The notes beneath the pieces are model-generated. The model did no database searches and was not told the DNA's origin. It saw only the letters and a list, made by a program, of their open reading frames with translations. A stretch of 64,000 nucleotides of DNA from an uncultured virus (IMG/VR IMGVR_UViG_2811995091_000194) (taxonomy: Duplodnaviria > Heunggongvirae > Uroviricota > Caudoviricetes), in IMG/VR virus record IMGVR_UViG_2811995091_000194; one strand, written 5' to 3'. A program made the position numbers and the translations under genes. Positions 9,653-20,349 of the stretch are shown here, piece after piece; position 1 is the first letter of the stretch, and each line of letters begins with the position of its first letter.

Positions 9653-10314
9653 TAATTTTCTGAAAATTTCTGAAGTCGCGCAACACCATCTTCTATTGTG
9701 ACATATGTCTGATGTGTTACCCAGTCACCGGCGTTGATATACGTCTTGATATTTTGATCCTCATCGATCCATATCAGCGCCTCAGGGTTATGAGTGTGCC
9801 CCATGATAAACACGTCGACGTCGTCATTGTGCCGAAGGATGTGAATTACGCTTCTTAGCTTGTGCTTTTTGATCTGCTTTTCTGTCCACCACGATGTGAA
9901 GTCAAAGCTAAATGATATCTCAAGAATATTTTGAATGACAGATAGAACCTTAATGAAGATTCTGTTGTGAATGACGCCCCTGTCATACTCATCACCGTGC
10001 TCTATTCTAAATTTTCTACCATTCTCAATAAACTCATATCTTTTAACAAAATTTATCCCGAAGATATTCTTTCCTACAAGGCTAACAAAGCTGTCATCAT
10101 GATTTCCAACAATGTAAATGACCTCTCTGCAACAGTTAATCGCCTCTAATATCTCCATACATCTTTCAGTAAACACTGGTATCTTTAAAAAATCAATGAT
10201 GTCACCTGCAAGGATCAACTGATCATATGATTCATCTTTTAAGAATTTTAACAGAATGTCACTTTTATAAAAATTGCTCCCAATGTGTGTATCTGAAATG
10301 ATAATTCTTTTCAT
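9652..10314 (-). CDS. Calcineurin-like metallophosphoesterase (LpxH-like)
   Basis: SDTHIG, GDIID, GNHD, HGD, GHTH and NAGDW motifs. Confidence 0.85.
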   Translation of the reverse strand: MKRIIISDTHIGSNFYKSDILLKFLKDESYDQLILAGDIIDFLKIPVFTERCMEILEAINCCREVIYIVGNHDDSFVSLVGKNIFGINFVKRYEFIENGRKFRIEHGDEYDRGVIHNRIFIKVLSVIQNILEISFSFDFTSWWTEKQIKKHKLRSVIHILRHNDDVDVFIMGHTHNPEALIWIDEDQNIKTYINAGDWVTHQTYVTIEDGVARLQKFSEN

Positions 10315-10316
10315 TT

Positions 10317-10345
10317 TTGAACATGCTTATGAGATATGGTACAAT
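10317..10345 (+). promoter_or_regulatory. Sigma70-like promoter TTGAAC-N17-TACAAT
   Basis: 17-nt spacer; upstream of the nucleotide-metabolism operon. Confidence 0.5.
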
Positions 10346-10416
10346 ATTGTGATGATAGTTTTATATAAAAAATTGAAAATATCATTATATTAATGTAAAC
10401 TTAAATAGGAGAAATA

Positions 10417-10644
10417 ATGTCTGAATTTAAACTTTCTGATGAAGTTGTTGCACAAGTTGCAAAGCTTGTTCAATTAGCTATTATAACTGGAACTGACGTG
10501 GTCGATAATCTAAGAATGTTACGTGTTACAGAGTCTGATGATGATAAGTCTGTTCTTGTTTTAACACCAGAGTATAGATTACTAGGTGATGAGCATGTTG
10601 AAAAACTAATGTCAGATATCGTCGATACACCAGAGATGACATAG
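10417..10644 (+). CDS. Hypothetical protein
   Basis: AGGAG RBS, 75 aa. Confidence 0.7.
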   Translation: MSEFKLSDEVVAQVAKLVQLAIITGTDVVDNLRMLRVTESDDDKSVLVLTPEYRLLGDEHVEKLMSDIVDTPEMT

Positions 10645-10645
10645 G

Positions 10646-11011
10646 GTGGATAGACTAAAAAAAATGTATGAGCAGCAGAATGCATTCATATCTCTCATGC
10701 AAAAACATAGATCGCATCCAGAAGTACCTCTTGATATCACAGAGAAGAAGTCGCAGCAATTTTTAAGGATGCTGGCATATGAATGTATGGGTGAGCTATT
10801 TGAGTCAAATATTCTTCTTAAAAATAGCAAGTATCATCGGGCAACAGAGGTGACAGAATTTGATCGTGATGCATATGTTGAGGAGCTATGTGATGTGCTA
10901 CATTACTTTTTTGGCATAGTAATATGCTCAGGAATCTCATCTGATGAGCTTTTTGACACATATATGTCAAAGGGCAAGATAAACGTAGAACGTATTCTTG
11001 GCGGTTATTAA
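10646..11011 (+). CDS. All-alpha NTP pyrophosphatase (dimeric dUTPase/dCTPase/MazG-like)
   Basis: ECMGELFE ... KYH ... EELCDVLHYF acidic metal-binding pattern. Confidence 0.8.
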   Translation: MDRLKKMYEQQNAFISLMQKHRSHPEVPLDITEKKSQQFLRMLAYECMGELFESNILLKNSKYHRATEVTEFDRDAYVEELCDVLHYFFGIVICSGISSDELFDTYMSKGKINVERILGGY

Positions 11012-11052
11012 AAGTGATTTTTAATGTAAAAATCACTTTAATTGTGTAAAAT
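11011..11052 (+). promoter_or_regulatory. Promoter ATGTAA-N17-TAAAAT with a perfect 13-bp inverted repeat over its -35 box
   Basis: AAAGTGATTTTTA-ATG-TAAAAATCACTTT (11011-11039); -10 at 11047-11052. Confidence 0.6.
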
Positions 11053-11102
11053 TTATTGAATCAATGTTTGTGCTTTAAAAACTAACAATTGGATAATAAA
11101 CT

Positions 11103-12089
11103 ATGAGCAAAGACGACACGAAACAAAGTACGACGTTTCTTAAGATGTTTAGTCGCCAGGATGAGTTTTCATCTTTATTTTTTGACAAAAGTGAGATGAG
11201 CGATCGACAAAAGGAGGAGATGACAAAGTCATTTGCCTTAGCACTGCATGCAGAGGCAACTGGGCTAGCAACATCTGTTAACTTTAAGGATCATCGACTT
11301 GTCAAGCATGATATTGATAAGACTAAGATACTATACAAGTCAGTTGATGCATTTCGATATCTTCTTGCAATGATGAATATGTGGGAGTTTGAGCCTGCTG
11401 ATTTCCTGGGTGCATTTTGGGATAAGGATCTTTACCTACACGCTCGACACAGGATGGAGAAAAATGTCTGGAGTGATCAGCCAGTTCTTCTTGTTGACAT
11501 GGACGACGTGCTAAATGAGTTTAGAGGTTATTTCACGGCGTGGTTAAAGGAGAGAAAAGGTGTCGTCGTTCCTAACGACTCAACAGAGTATTACTCCTCT
11601 AAGGAGGTGAAAGCAGCAGGACTACTTCCAGAGGCAGTATTTCAGGAGTTCATAGAGGAGAGAGAATTACGTCATATCACAAGGAATCATGAGATGATAA
11701 ACATCCTGAATCAACTATATGATGAAGGCTACTGGATTCAGATAATCACAGCCAGACCCAGTGACAACTTGCTTTGCCTTTATGACACATACTACTGGCT
11801 TGAGCATGCCGGACTCAAGTTCCATCACCTTGACTTCTCACCTGAAAAGTTTAGATGGCTTGTCCAGAAGGACTTCTACGATGCTGATGCAGTTGTGTGC
11901 GCAATAGACGACTCAGCCAAGCACGCAAGCGAGTATGCAAAGCATGGGATAAAGGTGATTTCACCTGTGACGTCGTACAATCAGGAGCTTAAAAAAGTTT
12001 CAAATGTTACCATGTACACAGACGAAAGCACGGTATATGATCTAGTGCACAGCTTGACAAAAAAGGAAGACAAAGGTGCCACAGAATAA
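11103..12089 (+). CDS. Degenerate all-alpha NTP-PPase domain fused to a HAD 5'-nucleotidase (NT5C-like)
   Basis: N-term ALHAEATGL...KSVDAFRYL; C-term LVDMDDVL, ITARP, IDDS. Confidence 0.7.
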   Translation: MSKDDTKQSTTFLKMFSRQDEFSSLFFDKSEMSDRQKEEMTKSFALALHAEATGLATSVNFKDHRLVKHDIDKTKILYKSVDAFRYLLAMMNMWEFEPADFLGAFWDKDLYLHARHRMEKNVWSDQPVLLVDMDDVLNEFRGYFTAWLKERKGVVVPNDSTEYYSSKEVKAAGLLPEAVFQEFIEERELRHITRNHEMINILNQLYDEGYWIQIITARPSDNLLCLYDTYYWLEHAGLKFHHLDFSPEKFRWLVQKDFYDADAVVCAIDDSAKHASEYAKHGIKVISPVTSYNQELKKVSNVTMYTDESTVYDLVHSLTKKEDKGATE

Positions 12090-13062
12090 AGATCTTGACC
12101 CCGTAACTTTACCGATGACTTTGAGGTTCAATGAGGACCCAACAACAGAATTTTTAAACGATCTAGATGCACTTCAGATTGAACTGGTTGATCACCCGAC
12201 AGCAGAGCAGATGAGGTCAACTGCATGGAGATATGTCAAGGCAACCTGGGCAGATAGCCCGGAGATGTCCGATCCGGTTAACGTCACACAGCGTGAGCTG
12301 AGTGAGAATCTTGAGGATGTTCTAAACTTTAGGGCATTACCGACGCCGATGGAGATCTTTAGCTTCACATTTAAGTTTGCCGGAATTGACTTGCAAACAG
12401 TAACACATCTTATTAGGCACCGCGCGGGATCATATGCTGCGCAGTGCACGGGAGATAGATTTCTCCATCATGAGCCGTGCCTTGTTCCTTCGTCAGTTGA
12501 AAATAGCCCAGAGATGTATCGGCGCTGGCAGCGTCATGTTGAGGATGCCAAGCAACTATATGCTGACATGGTTGACACGAAGCAGATCTCTATGATGGAT
12601 GCGAGAACCATTCTTCCAAAGTGCTTGTCAACATTCTATTACGGAAGATTTAACCTCAAGGATATCATTGGTTTTGTCAAGCAGAGAGCTGACAAGCAGA
12701 TCCAGCCAGCAGCTGATAATCTTATCGCTGCAAAGATGGCGCTAGAGGTGATCAAGGTGCTACCTGAGGCTAGCACAGTGATTGGGACAAGAACACTAAC
12801 GAGTCCGGCGTGGCATTATGTAAAAAATGTGAGAGCAGGAACTGGGACGAATCTCTACTGGCCTGATACCGACAGCGACGAGCATGTGGAGTATCACCCT
12901 AATGACACAATTTATCAGGCCCGCAGGTATGATCTCAACGGGACAAATCCTCCCGCTGAGGAGTCTGATGGAAATACAGTGTTTAGACAGAAATGGAACG
13001 ACATCTTAGATGAGATCGCAGTTCTTGAGGCTAATTATAACCTTACAGCGGAGACAAAGTGA
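12076..13062 (+). CDS. thyX: Divergent FAD-dependent thymidylate synthase
   Basis: HLIRHRAGSYAAQC (RHRx7S with Ser replaced by Cys), DARTILP, NLKDI...QR. Confidence 0.75.
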   Translation: MPQNKDLDPVTLPMTLRFNEDPTTEFLNDLDALQIELVDHPTAEQMRSTAWRYVKATWADSPEMSDPVNVTQRELSENLEDVLNFRALPTPMEIFSFTFKFAGIDLQTVTHLIRHRAGSYAAQCTGDRFLHHEPCLVPSSVENSPEMYRRWQRHVEDAKQLYADMVDTKQISMMDARTILPKCLSTFYYGRFNLKDIIGFVKQRADKQIQPAADNLIAAKMALEVIKVLPEASTVIGTRTLTSPAWHYVKNVRAGTGTNLYWPDTDSDEHVEYHPNDTIYQARRYDLNGTNPPAEESDGNTVFRQKWNDILDEIAVLEANYNLTAETK

Positions 13063-13502
13063 TGAAAGCGTATATTGCCAGCTCATGGTTTACACCTGTT
13101 GCATTTGAGGAGGTAGAGACGATAAAGACACTGCTAACAAAGCATGGATTTGAGTACTTTTCTCCAAAAGATTTTTTCATCTGTCCGCCAAATGCTGACC
13201 TTGACACACAGCGTGAGACATTTGATGGAAATGTTGAGCATATTTTAGGAAATGACTTTGTGCTATGCAACTCCAGAGATAAAGATGTGGGCAGCATTTT
13301 TGAAGCGGGTGTGGCATATCAATCTGATACGCCCATTGTATACTTTTGTGCAGGACTTCCTGAAGGTGCACCATTTAATCTTATGCTGTCTCAGAGCGGT
13401 ATTAAGGTTTGCACATCATTTGATGAGCTTGATGACTATCTTTCAAGATGTAGTGACAAAGGAGAGCTCATTTTTGAGCCATACTATGGGACGATTGAGT
13501 AA
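13059..13502 (+). CDS. Nucleoside 2-deoxyribosyltransferase / nucleotide N-hydrolase family
   Basis: YIASSWF, FSPK, DVGSIFEAGVAY, NLML. Confidence 0.8.
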   Translation: MMKAYIASSWFTPVAFEEVETIKTLLTKHGFEYFSPKDFFICPPNADLDTQRETFDGNVEHILGNDFVLCNSRDKDVGSIFEAGVAYQSDTPIVYFCAGLPEGAPFNLMLSQSGIKVCTSFDELDDYLSRCSDKGELIFEPYYGTIE

Positions 13503-13662
13503 GCAAGAAAAAGTGTCTCTCTGGAATGCAGCATTTTTTAGCAGCGGCTGCAAACACTACTATAGTGTCAATCCATGTCGAGCACATACTTGCAATGTTG
13601 ATCATGAATATTGTGAGGGTCACATGACTGCTCTAGCAAAAATACGCGCTAAGAAAAAATAA
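13495..13662 (+). CDS. Small Cys/His-rich hypothetical protein
   Basis: TTG start overlapping the previous gene; CKH...C..H.C...H..C. Confidence 0.4.
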   Translation: MSKQEKVSLWNAAFFSSGCKHYYSVNPCRAHTCNVDHEYCEGHMTALAKIRAKKK

Positions 13663-13674
13663 CAAAAGAAAATC

Positions 13675-14718
13675 GTGAAAAAGGATTATTATAAAATACT
13701 TGGCGTTGCAAAGGGTGCAAGTGCTGAAGACATAAAGAAGGCATATAGAGGGCTAGCATTAAAGTATCATCCGGATAGAAACAGTGAAGATGACGATGCA
13801 GAAAAGAAGTTCAAGGAAGCAACTGAGGCATATGAAGTTCTTTCAGACAAAGAGAAGAGAAGAGACTATGATGCAGGAGGTCTTCATAATTTTTCATTCT
13901 CAGGAAATCCCAATGATATATTTGATAGTTTTTTCTCTAGGTTCGGCGGCTTTGATGAAGTCTTTGGAAGGCAGACAAGAGAAAGAAGTAGACCTCCATC
14001 GCCTGGCGAAGACCTATATGTAAAAATTGATATTCCTCTTGAATCATCATTTTCAGGTGTGCATAAAAACATTATATTTGAAAGAGGAATTCAGTGTGAT
14101 AAGTGTCTAGGTGAAGGAATTGAAGATAAGGCTGATATATCAAAGTGCAATGAATGCAGCGGATCTGGAAGAGTTCACCACAAAGCATCATTTTTAAATA
14201 TTTCTGTATCGTGTTCACACTGTTCAGGCACAGGAAGCATTATAGAAAAACACTGCTCAGGCTGCGGAGGAACACGTAGAAAGTTTGAAAATAAATCAAT
14301 TAATGTTGAAATCCCGTCGGGTGTAATGTCAGGAGAAACATTAAAGATTTCAAAAATGGGTCATAGTCATCCTATTTCAAATATTCCAGGTGATCTTTTA
14401 ATTAGGATTGATGTCATGCCTCACTCGATGTTTGAGAGGGAGATGAATGATATTCACTGTAAATCACGTGTGTCATATGGTCAGGCTGTCTTAGGCACAA
14501 AGATCGATGTAGCAACACTTCACGGAAGTTCTATTCTTGAAATACCCCCAGGAACACAAAATCGAGATGTATTTTTAATAAAGGGCCTGGGAATGTCTAG
14601 AAGAGATATTGGAACAGGTGATCACTATGTTCATATTGAAGTTGATGTTCCCACTAAGGTAAGTCAAGAAGAGCGTGAATTAATTGAAAAGCTTGAAAAA
14701 ATAAGGCAAAAAAGTTAA
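13675..14718 (+). CDS. dnaJ: Chaperone DnaJ
   Basis: J-domain with HPD, G/F region, four CxxCxGxG-type repeats, C-terminal domain. Confidence 0.95.
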   Translation: MKKDYYKILGVAKGASAEDIKKAYRGLALKYHPDRNSEDDDAEKKFKEATEAYEVLSDKEKRRDYDAGGLHNFSFSGNPNDIFDSFFSRFGGFDEVFGRQTRERSRPPSPGEDLYVKIDIPLESSFSGVHKNIIFERGIQCDKCLGEGIEDKADISKCNECSGSGRVHHKASFLNISVSCSHCSGTGSIIEKHCSGCGGTRRKFENKSINVEIPSGVMSGETLKISKMGHSHPISNIPGDLLIRIDVMPHSMFEREMNDIHCKSRVSYGQAVLGTKIDVATLHGSSILEIPPGTQNRDVFLIKGLGMSRRDIGTGDHYVHIEVDVPTKVSQEERELIEKLEKIRQKS

Positions 14719-14795
14719 ATAAAAGGGTTTCCTTTGGAAAATCCGTGTCTACATTTATTGTAGGAAAATTCCGTTAGATAAAATAGGAGATTTAA

Positions 14796-16667
14796 ATGGG
14801 AAAAGTACTAGGAGTTGATCTCGGCACGACAAACTCGTGTTGTGCAATAATGGAGGGAAGTAATCCTAAAATAATTACAAATGAAGAAGGGGCAAGAACG
14901 ACACCGTCTGTTGTTGCGTTTACAAAGGACAATGAGCGCCTGACAGGAAGTCCAGCTAGAAGACAAGCAGTTGTCAATCCAGGGAATACAGTGTCCTCTA
15001 TTAAGCGATTTATGGGCGCCAGGATGTCAGATTCAGACGTAAAAGATGATATAAAGAATGTGCCCTATACTGTTATAGCCGGAAAGAATGGGTCATGCAA
15101 CATAAAGATAGATGACAAAAAATACACACCGCAGGAGATAAGTGCACAGATTCTTTTAAAGATGAAGCGCGCGGCAGAATCTTATCTTGGATTCGAGATC
15201 AATGAAGCTGTTATAACAGTTCCTGCGTACTTTAATGATGATCAAAGACAGGCAACAAAGGATGCCGGACAAATAGCAGGTCTTGATGTAAAGAGGATAA
15301 TAAACGAACCAACTGCAGCAGCTCTTGCATATGGATTTGACAAGAAGAAAGATCAAAAAATTGCTGTATTTGATCTCGGCGGCGGAACATTTGACATCTC
15401 TATTCTTGATATCGCAGACGGTGTTGTTGAAGTTCTAAGCACAAATGGTGACACAAGGCTGGGAGGTGATGATGTTGATCAGATGCTAACGTCATGGCTA
15501 ATTGAAGAGTTTAAAAATGATACTGGGATAGATGTTAGTGGAGACAAGGCGGTTTTACAGCGACTAAGGGACGCGTCAGAAAAGGCTAAGATAGAACTCT
15601 CTAGTACTCAAAAAACAGAAATAAACCTACCATTCCTTACAGCAGATGCCTCAGGCCCTAAGCACCTTCAATCTGAATTGCTTAGATCAAAATTTGAGCA
15701 GATGATTGAGTCATTTGTTGAAAGAACATTAAAACCTGTACGTCGTGCTTTAAAAGACGCGGCGCTAGATGTTTCTAATATTGATGAGGTAATATTGGTC
15801 GGAGGATCAACGCGGATCCCTGCTGTTAAAAGTGCAGTTGAGAAATTTTTTGATCAGAAGGCAAATAATTCAGTAAACCCAGATGAAGTTGTGGCGCTGG
15901 GTGCAGCAGTGCAAGGGGGCGTATTCTCAGGTGACGTTCATGATGTCTTGCTTTTAGACGTTACACCACTTTCACTAGGAATTGAGACACTGGGCGGTGT
16001 TATGACAAGGCTCATTGATAGAAACTCAACCATACCGTGTTCAAAAAATGAGACGTTTAGTACTGCAGCAGATGGCCAGACGTCTGTTGACATTCATGTT
16101 CTGCAGGGTGAAAGACAGTTTGCAAATCACAATAAGAGTCTTGGGAAATTTAGACTAGACGGAATACCAATAGCACCACGAGGAGTTCCTCAAATTGAAG
16201 TGACATTTGACATAGATGCAAATGGAATTGTAAGCGTTTCTGCGAAGGACACAGCAACGGGAAAAAATCAGTCAATAAGAATAGAGGGAAAGGGGTCACT
16301 ATCAGACGATGATATTAAAGAAATGATAGATGATGCCAAGCAGCACGAGGAAGAGGATACAGCTAGAAGACAGTCTGTTGAAAATAGAAATAAATGTGAT
16401 AGCCTTGTTTATCAGGTTGAAAAAATGACAAAGGAAGCGGAGGGAAGTTTGTCAGACCAGACGATGAACGGTGTAACTGCAGCAATATCTGAAGCCAGAG
16501 ATGCATTATCTGGCACGGATGATAACAGAATACTTAGTGCACTTGAGTCTCTTGAGAAAGCATCACAAGACGCCGGAAGAGAGATGTATGAGAATGCATC
16601 AAGAAATGAAACAAGTGACAGTGAAGATGATGATTTTGCTGAAGCTAGCTTCGAAGAAGCTGATTAA
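14796..16667 (+). CDS. dnaK: Chaperone DnaK (Hsp70)
   Basis: [33 protein letters not shown]. Confidence 0.98.
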   Translation: MGKVLGVDLGTTNSCCAIMEGSNPKIITNEEGARTTPSVVAFTKDNERLTGSPARRQAVVNPGNTVSSIKRFMGARMSDSDVKDDIKNVPYTVIAGKNGSCNIKIDDKKYTPQEISAQILLKMKRAAESYLGFEINEAVITVPAYFNDDQRQATKDAGQIAGLDVKRIINEPTAAALAYGFDKKKDQKIAVFDLGGGTFDISILDIADGVVEVLSTNGDTRLGGDDVDQMLTSWLIEEFKNDTGIDVSGDKAVLQRLRDASEKAKIELSSTQKTEINLPFLTADASGPKHLQSELLRSKFEQMIESFVERTLKPVRRALKDAALDVSNIDEVILVGGSTRIPAVKSAVEKFFDQKANNSVNPDEVVALGAAVQGGVFSGDVHDVLLLDVTPLSLGIETLGGVMTRLIDRNSTIPCSKNETFSTAADGQTSVDIHVLQGERQFANHNKSLGKFRLDGIPIAPRGVPQIEVTFDIDANGIVSVSAKDTATGKNQSIRIEGKGSLSDDDIKEMIDDAKQHEEEDTARRQSVENRNKCDSLVYQVEKMTKEAEGSLSDQTMNGVTAAISEARDALSGTDDNRILSALESLEKASQDAGREMYENASRNETSDSEDDDFAEASFEEAD

Positions 16668-16670
16668 TTC

Positions 16671-16699
16671 ATGTAAATTTCTTTAATCTAGTGTAAGAT
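16671..16699 (+). promoter_or_regulatory. Promoter ATGTAA-N17-TAAGAT for dnaE
   Basis: Recurrent motif, with TG preceding the -10 box. Confidence 0.6.
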
Positions 16700-16736
16700 G
16701 AAATACACATTTTATTAAATCATCTGGAAAGCATTA

Positions 16737-19700
16737 GTGAAAGATAAAAAAAGCAGACTATCAGTACATTTACCTCCGTCTAGATTTGTTGGGCTGCATG
16801 CTCATGATGGTTCAAGCGTATATGACGGACTGGGCTACCCAAATGAGCATATTGATTTTATTCTTGAAAATGGAATGAATTCACTTGCTCTGACAAATCA
16901 TGGACACATGAACTCAGCTGCACATGCTCATAACTACGCAAAGAAGCTAAAGTCAAAAGGGCAGAAATATAGGCACATATATGGGTGTGAGTGTTATTTT
17001 GTTGATGATTTAACAGAGTGGCGCAATGATTATAACGAACATCGTGAAAGAGTTCGTATTGAAAAGGAGTCTAAGCGGAAGATTCGTGCAGACGATAATG
17101 ATGAAAGCGAAGGACTTGTAGTTGAGGATGAGAATGAGACAAAGAAAGACAGTGGTTCATATCCTGAGTGGAAGAGAAGATATCACCTTGTTGTCATAGC
17201 AAAAAACTTTACAGGTCTTCAAAATCTTTTTAGGCTTGTTAAAATGTCATATAAAGAAGGGTTCTATAGATTTCCTAGAATTGACTTTAAAATGCTCAAG
17301 GAAAATTCTGAAGGCTTGATTGTATCGACTGCCTGTGTTGGCGGCCGTGCATCAGGTCACATATTTCAGGAATTTCCAGATAAAAAGTTTGATGAACTCT
17401 CTCCTGGCCTGGTTAGTGATCCTTATGTTCTTAAGTCAGTTATGACAAAACTTGAGAATATGACAGATCGATTTGTTGATTGTGTGGGTAGAGATAACTT
17501 CTTTTTAGAGCTACAATTCAACGATCTTGTAGCACAACATCTTACAAATAGATGCCTAATAGAGCTGTCTAAGAAAACTGGAATTCCTCTTATCTCAACT
17601 GCTGACTCACATTATTGTAGACCTGAGATGTGGGAAGCACGCGAGATGTATAAGATCTTGGGAAGGATGGGATCTCGCGATGATAAGATGCCAAAGCTAC
17701 CTGAGAAGAGTGATTTGAAGTGTGAACTATATCCGAAAAATGCACAACAGATGTGGGATGCATTCAAGGAAGGATACAGCAAATACGACTTTTATGATGG
17801 CTCAGAAGATGATGTAAAAGAATCAATCGAAAGAACACATGACATTGCATGGGATGTGTGTGATGAGGTCTGGTTTGATGATAGTGGGGCAAAGCTTCCA
17901 AACTTTACAACAGATAAGAGGACAGCGTTTGGACAATTGGCTGATCAGGTCAAAGAGGGAATGATAAGATCAGACCTTCATGAGAAGCCTGAATATCTTA
18001 ATAGAGTCAAAGAGGAGCTTTCTGTCATTAAAGAGCTAGGGTTTGAGAACTATTTCTTAACGCTAACAAGAGTATTTGACAAGGCTAAGCATAGAACGCT
18101 AATCGGACCCGGCAGAGGCTCAGGATCAGGTTGCCTTGTTAATTATGTGCTAGGAATAACACATGTCGACCCTATAAAATATGATCTTTTATTTGAGAGA
18201 TTTTTAGGTCTACACAAGATAGCATGGCCCGATATTGACACAGATGTGGGAGATCGAGATGTTTTGATCAATGTGTCAAGAGAGCTTTTTGGAGAAGACT
18301 CAGTAATACCTGTGAGTAATTTCAATACACTTAAGCTAAAGAGCCTTATTAAAGATGTATCAAAGTTTTATGGAATTCCATTTGATGAAGTGAACAGGGT
18401 GACTGGGCCGCTAGAGAGAGAAGTCATGCCACGTGCAATGGGTGATCATGAGGAAAAGTCAACATACATTTTGACACATGAGGATTGCATGAAATATAGC
18501 GAGTCATATCAGCAGTTCATGGAAAAGTACCCAAAGGTTTCTGAGCATGTTCAAACATTGTTCATGGAGATTAGATCGATTGGCAGGCATGCCGGCGGTG
18601 TTCTTGTGTGCCCTAATCTTGAAAACAATATGCCTGTAATTAAGGTAAGAGGAGAGTTGCAAACGCCATGGTCAGAGGGTATGAACTTTAGACACCTAGA
18701 GGAGAATGGATTTTTAAAATTTGACTTCTTAGGGCTAGCTACACTAAAGATGGTTGAGGATACAATTCGCTTGGTCTTAAGAGGGCAAGGTGTTGAAAAT
18801 CCATCGTTTGATCAAATAAATAAATTTTTTGATGAACATCTAAGCAGTAGATATCATGACATGGATGATCAAAAAGTTTGGGAGTATGTGTATCATGATG
18901 GAAGATTTGTACAGATTTTTCAATTTGTAAATCCTGGAGCAAGAAAATTCTGTAAGGATGCAAAGCCAAAATCAATTGAGGAGCTATCAGCAATTACAGC
19001 AATTTATAGACCAGGACCGCTAGCAGCAAATGTAGATAAGAAGTATGTTAAGACAAAACTACTTGTTGAGTCTGGAAAAAAGATAAAGTATGATCATCCT
19101 ATAATTGAAGAGATTCTTGGAGAGACATTCGGCTATACAATCTATCAAGAACAGTTCATGTTACTTGCACAAAAACTAGCCGGATTTAATAAAGGCGAGT
19201 CTGATAAGATGAGAAAGACTCTTGTCAAGAAGTCTCTTGACTCTAATGCTGCGAAGGTACAAGAACGAATTGATCTTAGAAAAAAGTTTGTAGAAGGATC
19301 AGTTAATTTGAGCGGAATGGATAGAGATAAGGCAGAAAAGCTATATGAAACAATAGAATATTTTTCTGGGTATGGCTTCAATCGATCACATAGCATATCA
19401 TATGCTATTGACTCCTATTATGCTGCATGGCTCCATACATATTATGAAAAAGAGTGGCTCGCAGTCTGCCTCCAAACGTGGAATGGTTCTCCAAAGTTTG
19501 GAAAGATCATGGCAGAGATAAAAGCTTTGGGATATAAGATTCTTCCGCCAGATATTAACACGTCATCAGACGTATGGGTCTATAGCAACGATAGATCAGG
19601 ATTTGTTCCTCCTCTTACAGCAATTAAGGGAGTTGGTAAGGCGGCTGTTCAAGAGATAATGATTCGCAGGCCGTTTACATGTATTGACCAGATGCTTTTC

Positions 19701-20345
19701 ACTGATGAAGGTGCATGGAAGCCTTCAAAAATGAATAAAACATGCTTTGACTCTCTTTGTAAGGTCGAGGCATTTGGTTCTCTTAGTGAGATGAAAAATA
19801 AAAAAATTCTGAATCACAGACAGCTTCATGAAGTAATTGTTGGAAACTATGACCTTCTTAAGAAAGGAAGACATGGAATGACAAAGACAGCTGTGAAAAA
19901 AATGATAAAAGAATCCGGTCGTGTCCCAGTGTTTGTTGATGAGAAAATATATGAAAACTATGACTTAGATGACTGGGTAAGATCTGAAAAAATTGCAATG
20001 TGTGTTGATTTAATGGCAGGCGCAGATGAGGATCTAATATTTCCTCCTGTTCTTATGAAAAAGATAGATGAATCAGGTGTCAAGTCTGTTATAAGCATGA
20101 GTGGAAAGGAGAAGGCTATCGCGTGGTTTTGTATCCAGTCTATTGAGGAAAGGACTACAAAAAATGGAAAAGTGTTCTATAGAATGAAAGTCTGTGATAA
20201 TAATTCAGAAAGTGCTTGGCTTCGAGTTTGGACAAAGTTTAATAGTCTTCCCAGCCTGTATACGATATGGCTCGCTGAGGTATCATCAACAGAGTCTTGG
20301 GGTTACTCAACTTCATCCTATAAGATGAAGCAGATTAACGTGTAA
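16737..20345 (+). CDS. dnaE: DNA polymerase III alpha subunit (family C)
   Basis: PHP domain (LHAH...LTNHG), GRGSGSG, PDIDTD, GRHAGG, KFDFLGL, YGFNRSH. Confidence 0.95.
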   Translation: MKDKKSRLSVHLPPSRFVGLHAHDGSSVYDGLGYPNEHIDFILENGMNSLALTNHGHMNSAAHAHNYAKKLKSKGQKYRHIYGCECYFVDDLTEWRNDYNEHRERVRIEKESKRKIRADDNDESEGLVVEDENETKKDSGSYPEWKRRYHLVVIAKNFTGLQNLFRLVKMSYKEGFYRFPRIDFKMLKENSEGLIVSTACVGGRASGHIFQEFPDKKFDELSPGLVSDPYVLKSVMTKLENMTDRFVDCVGRDNFFLELQFNDLVAQHLTNRCLIELSKKTGIPLISTADSHYCRPEMWEAREMYKILGRMGSRDDKMPKLPEKSDLKCELYPKNAQQMWDAFKEGYSKYDFYDGSEDDVKESIERTHDIAWDVCDEVWFDDSGAKLPNFTTDKRTAFGQLADQVKEGMIRSDLHEKPEYLNRVKEELSVIKELGFENYFLTLTRVFDKAKHRTLIGPGRGSGSGCLVNYVLGITHVDPIKYDLLFERFLGLHKIAWPDIDTDVGDRDVLINVSRELFGEDSVIPVSNFNTLKLKSLIKDVSKFYGIPFDEVNRVTGPLEREVMPRAMGDHEEKSTYILTHEDCMKYSESYQQFMEKYPKVSEHVQTLFMEIRSIGRHAGGVLVCPNLENNMPVIKVRGELQTPWSEGMNFRHLEENGFLKFDFLGLATLKMVEDTIRLVLRGQGVENPSFDQINKFFDEHLSSRYHDMDDQKVWEYVYHDGRFVQIFQFVNPGARKFCKDAKPKSIEELSAITAIYRPGPLAANVDKKYVKTKLLVESGKKIKYDHPIIEEILGETFGYTIYQEQFMLLAQKLAGFNKGESDKMRKTLVKKSLDSNAAKVQERIDLRKKFVEGSVNLSGMDRDKAEKLYETIEYFSGYGFNRSHSISYAIDSYYAAWLHTYYEKEWLAVCLQTWNGSPKFGKIMAEIKALGYKILPPDINTSSDVWVYSNDRSGFVPPLTAIKGVGKAAVQEIMIRRPFTCIDQMLFTDEGAWKPSKMNKTCFDSLCKVEAFGSLSEMKNKKILNHRQLHEVIVGNYDLLKKGRHGMTKTAVKKMIKESGRVPVFVDEKIYENYDLDDWVRSEKIAMCVDLMAGADEDLIFPPVLMKKIDESGVKSVISMSGKEKAIAWFCIQSIEERTTKNGKVFYRMKVCDNNSESAWLRVWTKFNSLPSLYTIWLAEVSSTESWGYSTSSYKMKQINV

Positions 20346-20349
20346 TACT

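Noticed and set aside
14719..14795. Heat-shock operator (CIRCE) upstream of dnaK
   Set aside because: Only a weak GGGTTTCC/GGAAAATCC hairpin; no TTAGCACTC-N9-GAGTGCTAA
13675..20345. Cellular (bacterial chromosome) origin suggested by dnaJ, dnaK and dnaE
   Set aside because: No ribosomal or other core operons; genes are interleaved with virion-type proteins and many tiny orphans on one strand
16737..20345. Intein or intron in dnaE
   Set aside because: Length is ordinary for DnaE; no splice-junction or homing-endonuclease motifs seen
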